NCBI GenBank assembly: GCA_027491915.1
Contig: JAOZGC010000002.1
Location: 608,001-672,000 of the forward strand
Direction: 5' to 3'
Source of the DNA: Thermoproteota archaeon
Lineage (GTDB): Archaea; Korarchaeota; Korarchaeia; Korarchaeales; Korarchaeaceae
DNA: 64,000 nt
Position numbers and translations under genes: made by a program. Every line of letters begins with the position of its first letter. Within the stretch, counting starts at the first letter, position 1. Below, piece by piece: positions 38,715 through 47,394 of the stretch. The notes beneath the pieces were generated by a model that worked only from the letters and a program-made list of their open reading frames with translations, did not search any database and was not told the DNA's origin.

Positions 38715-39033
38715 CGCCCCGGCGGAGGTTAGGGAGTTCCTGAGGAGGCTGTCCCGCCGGGTGAGGGTGGAGGCGGCCTACCTCTTCGGATCCAGGGCCA
38801 GGGGGGAGGCCCTGGACGTCAGCGACGTGGACCTGATCGTCGTCTCCCCCGACTTCGACGGGATGCCGGTCGACGAGAGGCTGAGGCTGGTCTACGGGAT
38901 CTGGCCCGAGGAGGTGCCGGCCGACCTGATCCCGCTGGGGTCCTCGGAGTTCGAGAGGCTCAGGGGGAGGAGCGTCCTGCTCAGGGACGCGGCCCGCTAC
39001 TGGATCAGGCTGACCCCCGACCGACATCCCTGA
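38686..39033 (+). CDS. MNT antitoxin
   Basis: LFGSRARGEALDVSDVDLIVVS. Confidence 0.9.
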   Translation: MRSRGSVGTDAPAEVREFLRRLSRRVRVEAAYLFGSRARGEALDVSDVDLIVVSPDFDGMPVDERLRLVYGIWPEEVPADLIPLGSSEFERLRGRSVLLRDAARYWIRLTPDRHP

Positions 39034-40366
39034 GGGCCGCCAGGGCGGCCGCCGCCCTCTCCGGGGTAGGGAACACCGGGATCCCGGCCCCCCTGAACTT
39101 GCCCAGCTCCGCCGCCTGGACCTCCCCCCCTCCCAGGTAGGCCGCCACCAGGGGCCTGCCGCCCAGCCCCTCCCTCCACCTGGAGACCACCTCGAAGGCC
39201 CCGGGTATGGGGTCCCCGAATATGGCCAGTATCCCGTCCACCCCCGGGTCTCGGGACAGGGCGGCCAGGGCCGCGTCGTAGTCGGCGGCGGTCGCGCTCC
39301 CCGTAAGGTCCAGGGGGTTCCCCACCACCGCGTATCCGGGGAGGGACTCCCTCAGGGCCGCCAGCGTCTCCCCCGACAGCTCGGCCGCCCTGAGCCCCCG
39401 GGACTCCAGGGCGTCCACCGCCAGGATCCCCCCGCCGCCGGAGCTGGTGACCACGGCCACCGAGTCCCCCCTCATCGGCGGGTGGGCGGCCAGGGCCTCG
39501 GCCGCGTCCAGCATCTCCTCCAGGGACGAGGCCGGGATGGCCCCGGCCTGCCTGAAGGCGGCCTCGTACACCTCGGCGGCACCGGCCACGGACCCGGTGT
39601 GGGAGGCCACCGCCCTGGACCCCGCCTCGGTCCTCCCGGCCTTCAGGGCCACCACCGCCTTCCCCGCCTCGACGCACCTCCTCACGGCCTCCATGAGGTC
39701 CCTGCCCCTCCCGCCGGCCACGCCCTCCACGTAGAGGGCCACAACCTCGGTCTCCGGGTCCCCCGCCAGGAACTCCAGCACGTCCACCTCGTCCACGTCA
39801 GCCTTGTTCCCCAGGGCCGCGAGCTTGCTCATCCCCACGCCGTGCTCCTCCAGGGAGGTGGCCAGGAAGGCGGCCACGGTCCCGCTCTGGGACACCACCG
39901 CCACCCTCCCCCTCCTGGTCACCAGGGGCCAGGTGGCGCACAGGCCGGCGTGGGGGTTGGCCACCCCCTGGCAGTTCGGCCCCACCAGCCTGCCCCCGGC
40001 CCCCCTGACCGCCTCCACCAGCCTCCTCTCCAGCTCCGCCCCCTCGGGCCCCGACTCCCTGAACCCCCCGGACACGACCACGAACCCCCTGGCCCCCCTG
40101 GCCGCCGCCTCCTCGACGGCCCCCGGGACCAGCCTGGCCGGTATCACCATGACGGCCAGGTCCACCGGGCCGGGCACCTCGGAGACGGACCTGTAGCACC
40201 TGACCCCCAGTATCTCGTCGGCCTTCGGGTTGACCGGGTAGACCTCCCCCCCGAACCCGGCCTCCAGCAGGTTCCTCAGGATCTCGTGTCCCAGCTTCCC
40301 CGGCCTGGTGGAGGCCCCCACCACCGCCACCGACCTGGGCCTGAACACGGCATCGAGCCCGCCCAT
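39005..40366 (-). CDS. acdA: Acetate/acyl-CoA synthetase (NDP-forming) alpha subunit
   Basis: PRSVAVVGAS, GPNCQG, SQSG, GNKADV, ASHTGS, NPLDLTG. Confidence 0.9.
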   Translation of the reverse strand: MGGLDAVFRPRSVAVVGASTRPGKLGHEILRNLLEAGFGGEVYPVNPKADEILGVRCYRSVSEVPGPVDLAVMVIPARLVPGAVEEAAARGARGFVVVSGGFRESGPEGAELERRLVEAVRGAGGRLVGPNCQGVANPHAGLCATWPLVTRRGRVAVVSQSGTVAAFLATSLEEHGVGMSKLAALGNKADVDEVDVLEFLAGDPETEVVALYVEGVAGGRGRDLMEAVRRCVEAGKAVVALKAGRTEAGSRAVASHTGSVAGAAEVYEAAFRQAGAIPASSLEEMLDAAEALAAHPPMRGDSVAVVTSSGGGGILAVDALESRGLRAAELSGETLAALRESLPGYAVVGNPLDLTGSATAADYDAALAALSRDPGVDGILAIFGDPIPGAFEVVSRWREGLGGRPLVAAYLGGGEVQAAELGKFRGAGIPVFPTPERAAAALAALRDVGRGSA

Positions 40367-40432
40367 CGCCGATCCGCCCGGCCCGGTCCGGCCGGGGGAG
40401 AGGTTAAATCCTTTTCACCGGCCCCCCGCCCG

Positions 40433-40720
40433 ATGCCCGGTCCGGCTGGGCTCAGGTCCCCCGAGGGGAGGCTGAGGCTCCTCCTGGAGCTGAGGAAGAG
40501 GGGCTTCCGGGTCAGGATGCACGCCTACGAGTACCTGGTGGCCGACGAGTCGGGCTTCGCGGCCATAATCCTCCTGGAGCCCTGGGCCGGGAGGGCCGAG
40601 CTGCTGGAGCTTAAGGAGGGGGCGGCCGACGAGGTGGCCGGGGCGGTGACCTCGGTGGACCCCTCTATCCGGGTGGTCGTGGACCGACGGATTTTTGAGC
40701 AAGATCTCAGACCCGGTTGA
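40433..40720 (+). CDS. Small hypothetical protein coupled to the protoglobin gene
   Basis: Typical codon usage, TTAAAT upstream, overlaps the next gene. Confidence 0.6.
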   Translation: MPGPAGLRSPEGRLRLLLELRKRGFRVRMHAYEYLVADESGFAAIILLEPWAGRAELLELKEGAADEVAGAVTSVDPSIRVVVDRRIFEQDLRPG

Positions 40721-41342
40721 GATGCCTCCGCCGTCCTCGGGATCTGGCATAAGGAAGGTAGTGGAGGAAAGAGTTGTCTCCCTGGGGGAGAGGGCCAGGA
40801 GCTTCCTGGACGTCGGGGAGCCCGACATGAGGAGGCTCAGGGAGACCTGGGAGATCCTCCTCCCGGGGATAGACGACGTGATAGGGAGGGCCGCCTCCTC
40901 GCTCCTGGCCGACCCGGAGGCCCGGGAGATAGTCACCAGGGCCTCCCTCTCCCCGGAGAGGGCGGCCGCGCTCTTCAAGGTCTGGCTCAACTACTCCTTC
41001 AACGGCAACTTCGACAGGCAGCACGCCATGAGGATGTTCATGATAGGGCTGGCCCACGCCAGGGTCGGGGTCCCCGAGAGGGTCGTGATAATGACGGTGG
41101 GCGCCTTCCTCCGGGAGCTGTCCGTCGAGCTGGCCGCCAGGCTGGGGCCCGAGGAGTACCCGGGGGCGGCCGTCTCGGTGTCCAAGGCCCTCCTCTGGGG
41201 GCTGGCCCTCATGCTGGAGAGCTACGAGGAGGTCAGGGTCGAGGGTTTCACCGACGTGACCGGGATGCGCAGGGAGCTGTACGAGAGGACCGCCTCCATA
41301 CACGCAAAGCGGCTGTACGACGAGCTGTCGGGCTCATTCTGA
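40695..41342 (+). CDS. Protoglobin/globin-sensor domain protein
   Basis: Helical globin pattern, W..YSFNG..IGLAHARVGV proximal His. Confidence 0.8.
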   Translation: MSKISDPVEMPPPSSGSGIRKVVEERVVSLGERARSFLDVGEPDMRRLRETWEILLPGIDDVIGRAASSLLADPEAREIVTRASLSPERAAALFKVWLNYSFNGNFDRQHAMRMFMIGLAHARVGVPERVVIMTVGAFLRELSVELAARLGPEEYPGAAVSVSKALLWGLALMLESYEEVRVEGFTDVTGMRRELYERTASIHAKRLYDELSGSF

Positions 41343-41370
41343 GTCAGGTTTCAGGTCCATCTGGGGGCCG

Positions 41371-42450
41371 TCAGGGGGCGACCACCCCCCCGGCGGCCGC
41401 CACGGAAACCTCCCCGACCTGGACCTCGCCGTCCCCGTTGGAGTCCCTCCACTCGAGCAGGACGAAGGCGCCCGGGTAGATCCCGCGGGAGTTCTCCATC
41501 AGCCAGAGCAGGCCGGCCCTGGTCCCCTCGGGGGTCAGACCCGTCAGGTGGATCTCGGGCCAGCAGGCCCCGCACCCCGGTGGGTAGATCGCGGCCACCA
41601 GGCAGTAGCTCACCCCGGGCCCCGGGGCGTACTCCGCGCCGCCCAGGCTCAGGGAGTACCCCTCCTCCACGCCTAGCCGGGAGAGGCGGAAGCCCCCCGG
41701 CGGCCAGGTGGACAGCCCCTCCCAGAAGTCGCCGGTCCGCCCCGGCCCGCCGACGACCAGCAGCGGCCCCCCTCCGCCCGGGGGCGGCAGCAGGTCCATG
41801 AGGACCCCCCACTCCGGGGCGGGCGAGGTGGACCACCCAGACGGGAAGTCGATCAGGGCCCTCGCGGTCCTCCCGACCTCGCCCGGGGGCAGCCTGGGAC
41901 CGGATCTCCTCCTCCTGTAGACGGCCCAGGCCTTCTTGTCGGACCCCATCAGGACCAGGATCCTCCTCTGCCGGAACGACTTGCAGGTCTCCCCTCTCCC
42001 TTCCCCCCCACCTCCCCCGTCTCCGTTCCGGAGAGGGGGAGCTCCCGGGCCTGAGTCCAAATCCCCGTCGTCCTCGGCGCACACCTCCCACCGGACGAAG
42101 GAGTATCCCGGGCACCCGACGGCCGTCAGCTCCACCCCCTGATCCGGGTCGTACGCCGCCTCCAGCCGGCTGGCGACCAGGCCCGGCGGGTCGACCCGCA
42201 CCCGGCACCCGATCCTCCTCCCCCCGACGTCCCTGACCCCGACGCTCAGGAGGTGCCTTCCGGGCTCCGGGGAGGGGCTGGGATTCTCGCCTCCCCCGGG
42301 GCTGCCGTCCAGCGGGGCCGCGGCCGGCGGGGCCGCCCCCGAACCCCCGGATCCCGGGTCGGCCGCGGCCGGGATCAGGAGGAGCCCCGCGAGCGATATG
42401 AAGAGAAATTCAAATATTGGCCGAATTCCCCTCCCTCCGGGCCCCTGGCC
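41371..42450 (-). CDS. Secreted protein with the C-terminal S-layer-like module; start possibly frameshifted
   Basis: The frame stays open upstream of 42201 to a signal-like FLFISLAGLLLIPAAA, but the nearby TTG is out of frame; C-term VVGGP..GTRAGLLW..WRDSNGDG. Confidence 0.55.
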   Translation of the reverse strand, partial: GQGPGGRGIRPIFEFLFISLAGLLLIPAAADPGSGGSGAAPPAAAPLDGSPGGGENPSPSPEPGRHLLSVGVRDVGGRRIGCRVRVDPPGLVASRLEAAYDPDQGVELTAVGCPGYSFVRWEVCAEDDGDLDSGPGAPPLRNGDGGGGGEGRGETCKSFRQRRILVLMGSDKKAWAVYRRRRSGPRLPPGEVGRTARALIDFPSGWSTSPAPEWGVLMDLLPPPGGGGPLLVVGGPGRTGDFWEGLSTWPPGGFRLSRLGVEEGYSLSLGGAEYAPGPGVSYCLVAAIYPPGCGACWPEIHLTGLTPEGTRAGLLWLMENSRGIYPGAFVLLEWRDSNGDGEVQVGEVSVAAAGGVVAP

Positions 42451-42559
42451 GGGGCTTCAATTTAAATGTAGGCCAGCCGTCCGGATTCAATTTTATCATA
42501 TATTCCCTTAACGGCCAAATATCATGAACAAAATGTCGGGAGGCGCGCCGCGGGGCGCC

Positions 42560-43660
42560 TCAGTCCCCGGCGGCCCTGAACCTCCCCTCCAGCCTCTCCA
42601 GCACCTGCGGGAGAGTGGTGTACTCCATCTCCTCGGCCCCCAGCCTGTGGGGCATGAAGGGGCCGTGCCTCCTCATGTAGTCCGCCACCTCGTTGGCCAT
42701 CGCCCTGGCCCTGTCGAAGGCCACGTCGGAGAACAGGTCGCTGGGCCCTATGAGCCTCCCCCTCCTCACGTTGAACCCCAGGGCCATCACCCTGGGGGGG
42801 CCGTCGAACCTGCTGGGCCTGGCGTCTGCCTCTGAGACGGGCATCAGGGGGCCGGCGTGGGACCCCCTCATCCAGCCCGCCACCAGGTGCGGGAACGTGA
42901 AGGGCTCGAGTATCTCCCCCAGGGCCGGGAACCGGCTCTGGGCCCTGACCACCGCCACCGGGTCGTCCTTCCCTACGTACTTCCCGGCTATCAGGTTGAG
43001 CCTGGTGGTGCTGACGGCGGCCGCGGGCTCCCTGGGATCCTTGGCGTAGACCCTCCTCACGACGTACCGGCCCGGCTCCCCTATGAGCGCGAGGATGTCG
43101 TACATCTCCTCCGGGGCCGAGAGCTCGACGACCCTGCCCTCCTTCACGTCCAGCACCTCGAACGCGAACCCCCGGTGGAGCTTGGGGGATATCACCAGGC
43201 CGGCGGTGTTGAAGGGGTCGGCGAACATCCTGAAGATGGGGAGGTTGAAGGCCCCGGGCTCGGTCTTGTCGGCCATGAACACCACGAAGGGCTCGGCTGG
43301 CCTCTCCTCGAACTCCAACTCGGCGAAGCCCGGCCCCATCCCCCTCAGGTTCCCGGAGAAAGCGTCCGACAGGAGATCCTGCCCCGCGCCGTAGAGGCCG
43401 AGCTCCCTGGCCACGTCGGTGGCCCTCTTGAAGGTCTCCCAGGCCAGGGAGTGCACCTCGCCGCTGCCCTCCCCGCGGAAGTGGGTCATGATCAGCTCCA
43501 GGTCGTCGCCGCACCTGGTGACGTAGAAGTCCTCTATCAGGCCCTCCTTCCTGGCCCGGGACAGCTCGGCCCTGGCGGCCTCCAGCAGGGGCTCCGGAGA
43601 GACGTGGTGCCCGGCCAGGCTCCCGACGTCCGCCTTTATGACCGAGATGGTGGTCCTCAT
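42560..43660 (-). CDS. fbp: Fructose-1,6-bisphosphate aldolase/phosphatase
   Basis: IKADVGS..GHH, GLYGAGQDLL, DKTEPGAFN, YVGKDDP, GWMRGSH, FDGPPRV. Confidence 0.97.
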   Translation of the reverse strand: MRTTISVIKADVGSLAGHHVSPEPLLEAARAELSRARKEGLIEDFYVTRCGDDLELIMTHFRGEGSGEVHSLAWETFKRATDVARELGLYGAGQDLLSDAFSGNLRGMGPGFAELEFEERPAEPFVVFMADKTEPGAFNLPIFRMFADPFNTAGLVISPKLHRGFAFEVLDVKEGRVVELSAPEEMYDILALIGEPGRYVVRRVYAKDPREPAAAVSTTRLNLIAGKYVGKDDPVAVVRAQSRFPALGEILEPFTFPHLVAGWMRGSHAGPLMPVSEADARPSRFDGPPRVMALGFNVRRGRLIGPSDLFSDVAFDRARAMANEVADYMRRHGPFMPHRLGAEEMEYTTLPQVLERLEGRFRAAGD

Positions 43661-43691
43661 GTCGATCGGGCCGACCCACCGCGCCGGAATA

Positions 43692-44237
43692 TTAACGCTT
43701 CTCCCCGGTCGGGAGGCTCAGGTAGGCCGCCGCGGCCGCCAGCAGGGACAGGGACTCCGGGACCGCCGCCCCGGATCGGAGTCCCAGCGCCGCGTAGGCC
43801 AGCCAGGAGAGGGCTATGACCGCTGCCGCCGCAAGCCCGACCCCGATACCGGCCTGCGCCCAGGCGGAGAGGCAGGCGGCCGCCAGGGTGACGAACAGCG
43901 CCACCGACACCGCCAGGTGGATGACCCCGTAGGTTTCGTCGAGCACCCCCACCAGCTGGACCAACAGGCCGGTCAGGGCCAGCAGGATCCCCGTGGCCCT
44001 GAAGCGCGGGATCACCTCGGTCGTGGCGTCGACCACCACCAGGAACCCCGAGACGGCCAGGCCGACGTTGAAGGCGGCGGCCGCGGGGCTCTTCCCGGGG
44101 CGGCCCAGGTCGCTCAGGGCGTTGGTGAGGGGGCTGAATCCCGGATACTGGGCGGCCGCCCAGGAGGCGGCGGCCGCGGCCACCAGCAAGGCAGACACCC
44201 TGAGCGCCGTCTCCCTGTCCGGGAGCCTGCCGGCCAA
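43692..44237 (-). CDS. DUF998-family membrane protein
   Basis: NALSDLG..FNVGL..VGV..E..G.IH..AVPE. Confidence 0.78.
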   Translation of the reverse strand: MAGRLPDRETALRVSALLVAAAAASWAAAQYPGFSPLTNALSDLGRPGKSPAAAAFNVGLAVSGFLVVVDATTEVIPRFRATGILLALTGLLVQLVGVLDETYGVIHLAVSVALFVTLAAACLSAWAQAGIGVGLAAAAVIALSWLAYAALGLRSGAAVPESLSLLAAAAAYLSLPTGEKR

Positions 44238-44265
44238 GCTCCCACCCCCCGTCCGCCCGAGGGGC

Positions 44266-44964
44266 TCACCTCCCGACCGCGGCGGCCGCCCCGGCCGCCA
44301 GCTCCATCATCTTCTCCCTCGGCCTCGAACTCTTGGCCACCGCCGAGGCCACCAGGACCCCGTCGGCCCCGAGCTCGATGGCCCTCCTCACGTCCTCCCC
44401 GGAGGACACCCCGGCCCCGCACAGCACCGCCACGTCGGGGCGGGCCCCCCTGACCAGGCGGACGGCCTCGCCGACGGCCTCTGGCCTGGCCCTGGACACC
44501 GACACCCCGGTCCCTATGAGCTCTGGGGGCTCGAAGGCCACCGCGGTGGGCCCGAGCGACGCGGCCGCCAGCGCCTCCCCAGGACCGCCGGCGCAGACTA
44601 TGGACTGGAGGCCCTCCCCCTCCAGCATCCTCACCGCCCTCCCTATATCTGCCAGGAGCATCCTCCGCTCCGAGTGATTCAGGAGGGCCCCGGAGAAACC
44701 GTAGTCTCCGAGCAGAGAGGGACTGACGTGTCCCGTGTGCGGCCCGGCCGGCACTGGGTCCGCGTGCTGGACGTAGACCGGCACCTCGACGGCCTCCGCC
44801 ACCCTCCAGGCGTCCAGCAGCGCCGGGGCGATTCCCAGGGATATCCCCGTCTCGGACGAGACCTCCTCCGCGTGCCTGGCCAGCTCCACGGCCCTGGGGC
44901 CGGAAGACTCCCTGTAGAGCTTGAGGTTGATTATTATCCTCGGGACCTCTCCCCCCATCATCAT
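44266..44964 (-). CDS. tpiA: Triosephosphate isomerase (archaeal type)
   Basis: NLKLY, QHAD, LNHSE, FEPPELIGTG, GVLVASAV. Confidence 0.95.
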   Translation of the reverse strand: MMMGGEVPRIIINLKLYRESSGPRAVELARHAEEVSSETGISLGIAPALLDAWRVAEAVEVPVYVQHADPVPAGPHTGHVSPSLLGDYGFSGALLNHSERRMLLADIGRAVRMLEGEGLQSIVCAGGPGEALAAASLGPTAVAFEPPELIGTGVSVSRARPEAVGEAVRLVRGARPDVAVLCGAGVSSGEDVRRAIELGADGVLVASAVAKSSRPREKMMELAAGAAAAVGR

Positions 44965-45080
44965 CGGGGGATCCCCCCGGGGCGGTCCGATTTAACCGCG
45001 ACCCAGGCGCCCGCCGGGCCGACCCGCCCGTCCCATCCCGTCCCGGATCCGATCTGATCTGATCTGTCGGACCGGCCCGG

Positions 45081-45464
45081 TCACCCCGACCCGCGCCCGT
45101 GCTCCCGGAAGCCCGGCCTCTCGGCCCACCCCTCGTCCACCCTGAGGGAGCCGGCCAGGAAGGCCGACACGACGTCCCCGACCCTGCCGGCCGCCCCGGT
45201 CACCACCCTTATGCCCATCTCCGAGAAGAACCGCTGAGCCCTGGGACCCATGCCGTACGCCAGGACCACGTCGACCCCCAGGGACCTGAGGAAGTTGGGC
45301 AGGTCCCCGGGGCCGTGCTCCTCGAACGGGACCCGGACGACCCTCGCCGACGAGACGCCTCCCCCCTCCGCGTCCACCAGCACGTAGTACCTGGCCCTCC
45401 CGAAGTGGGAGGCCACCCTGGAGTCAAGCCCCCCGTCGTCCTCGCACGGGACCGCCAGCCTCAA
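45081..45464 (-). CDS. NifB/NifX-family protein
   Basis: VASHFGRARYY..GMGPRA. Confidence 0.88.
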   Translation of the reverse strand: MRLAVPCEDDGGLDSRVASHFGRARYYVLVDAEGGGVSSARVVRVPFEEHGPGDLPNFLRSLGVDVVLAYGMGPRAQRFFSEMGIRVVTGAAGRVGDVVSAFLAGSLRVDEGWAERPGFREHGRGSG

Positions 45465-45514
45465 AGGGATCGACCCCGGCGGAGGGGGGTCGGCCCGGCG
45501 CTTAAAAACCGCGC

Positions 45515-46417
45515 TCAGCCGTCCCGACCCGACCCCCCGCCCCTGGACCTGAGCTTCGAGTAGACCCCGTAGACCCCGCCGATCGCGCCGGCGGTGCCCG
45601 CCACTATGCCCACGATCTCCTTGTACCCCTCCAGCGGGGACCCGGGCCTGACCACCTCAAGGGTGTAGAAGTAGTCGGGGGAGACCGTCACCCTGCTCTC
45701 CCCCGCCGAGAACTCGAGGCTCAGGTCAATCCGGTGGAGCCCGGGATCCAGGTTCTCGGGCAGGTCGATCCCGTAGGGTCCCAGGTCCGCCGACGTCCCG
45801 GGATCCAGGGTGGAGTTGAGCTCCTTCAGGATGCAGGCGTCCCCCGGAATCCAGTCCGGGCATATGAGGACCGTCCCGAGGGTCACGCCCCAGTCCCAGC
45901 GATTCTCCACCCTAACGGATGCCTGGATCTCCCCGCCGGCGGGGACCTCCTCCGGATTCCCCAGGATCTCCCAGTCGATCGAGACCCTCGGCCTCCCGGA
46001 CACCGTCACCCCGTACTCCTCGGTGATCCACTCCTCCCGCCCCTCCCCTCCCTCCCCGGGGTACCTGTACCTTATCAGGAGGTGGTACCCGTGGTTCCCC
46101 GGGGGGACCTCCGGCACCGTCCCAACCACGGCCCCGAGGCTCCTGTTCTCCCCGGGCTCCAGCCTGAGCCCCCCGAGGTCCAGCTCGCCGACGGCCAGGT
46201 CGTCCAGGTACAGGGTGATGGAGTCCACCCAGGCGCTCCCGGGGCCGTCGTTCTCCATCCAGATGTGGACGGTCAGGTTTCCCCCGGGGAAGTGGGGGCC
46301 CGGCTCCTCCCAGAAGCCCACCGTCAGCTTCGGCTGGGCGGCCGCCATCCCGGCCGCGGCGGCAGCGGCCGAGATCAGGGCCAGGATCAGCGTCAAGGCG
46401 GCGGATCTCCAGGGCAT
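45515..46417 (-). CDS. Membrane-anchored surface protein with two Ig-like domains
   Basis: Signal peptide; two repeats of V..EN...LEPG..PG.H; C-terminal TM followed by basic residues. Confidence 0.7.
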   Translation of the reverse strand: MPWRSAALTLILALISAAAAAAGMAAAQPKLTVGFWEEPGPHFPGGNLTVHIWMENDGPGSAWVDSITLYLDDLAVGELDLGGLRLEPGENRSLGAVVGTVPEVPPGNHGYHLLIRYRYPGEGGEGREEWITEEYGVTVSGRPRVSIDWEILGNPEEVPAGGEIQASVRVENRWDWGVTLGTVLICPDWIPGDACILKELNSTLDPGTSADLGPYGIDLPENLDPGLHRIDLSLEFSAGESRVTVSPDYFYTLEVVRPGSPLEGYKEIVGIVAGTAGAIGGVYGVYSKLRSRGGGSGRDG

Positions 46418-46532
46418 GCGGCCTCGAAGGGGGGCGGGGGCGGATCGATATTAAGGTGAGGCCCCCCCTTCTCCTCTCCCCCCCTCCTCGAACCTCCCCT
46501 CTCCTCCCCTCACCACCAGCCCCGCCGGCCCC

Positions 46533-47393
46533 TCAGCGGAACCTCTCCAGGAGGCCGGCCACGTCCACCCTCGGGGGCCTGTCCACCAGGGGGACGCCCG
46601 AGAGGTGGGGGAGCCTGTCCAGGAGGGTCGGCCTGTCGACCTGGTAGAACACGCCTATGGGTATCCTCTCCCCCCCAGTGACCTCCTCCTCCCTGGCCCT
46701 GCGCATGGCCTCGTTCCAGTCCGAGGGGTCGTGCCCGTCATCCTCGAGCTTGTAGACCCTCTCCCTGTAGTAGCCGTAGGTGTCGTAGAAGGTGTAGCAG
46801 GGCTGGAGCACGTCCACGAAGGCGAAACCCCTGTGACGCAGGGCCCTCTCCAGGACCTCCTCGAGGTGCCTCAGGTCCCCGGAGAAGGCCCTGGCCACGA
46901 ACGTGGCCCCCATGGCCAGGACCGCCGCTATCGGGTTGATGGGCTCCTCCGGGGTCCCGAAGGGGGTGGACCTGGTCCTCATGCCCAGGGGGGTCGTAGG
47001 GGTCGCCTGGCCCGTCGTCAGGCCGAAGACCTTGTTGTCGTGGACCACGTAGGTCAGGTCCACGTTCCTCCTGGCGGCGTGCGGCAGGTGGCCGATCCCT
47101 ATGGCGTAGGCGTCGCCGTCCCCCGCGAAGCCCACCACCGTGAGCCGCGGGTTGGCCAGCTTTATCCCGGTGGCCAGGGGCAGGACCCTGCCGTGTATGG
47201 TGTGGAAGCTGTTCAGGGCCAGGTAGTCCCCGATCTTGCCGTGGCAGCCTATCCCGGTGACCACCACCACCTCCCAGGGCTCCAGCCCGAGCCTGGAGAC
47301 GACCGACTTGAAGGCCTGGAGTACGGCGAAGTTGCCGCAGCCCGGGCACCAGGTGTTCTTCTTGGCCGTCCCTAGCTCCGCGACGCTCACCAA
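46533..47393 (-). CDS. 2-oxoacid:ferredoxin oxidoreductase beta subunit
   Basis: WCPGCGN, GIGCH, HGRVLP, GDGD, QPC. Confidence 0.95.
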   Translation of the reverse strand: MVSVAELGTAKKNTWCPGCGNFAVLQAFKSVVSRLGLEPWEVVVVTGIGCHGKIGDYLALNSFHTIHGRVLPLATGIKLANPRLTVVGFAGDGDAYAIGIGHLPHAARRNVDLTYVVHDNKVFGLTTGQATPTTPLGMRTRSTPFGTPEEPINPIAAVLAMGATFVARAFSGDLRHLEEVLERALRHRGFAFVDVLQPCYTFYDTYGYYRERVYKLEDDGHDPSDWNEAMRRAREEEVTGGERIPIGVFYQVDRPTLLDRLPHLSGVPLVDRPPRVDVAGLLERFR

Positions 47394-47394
47394 C

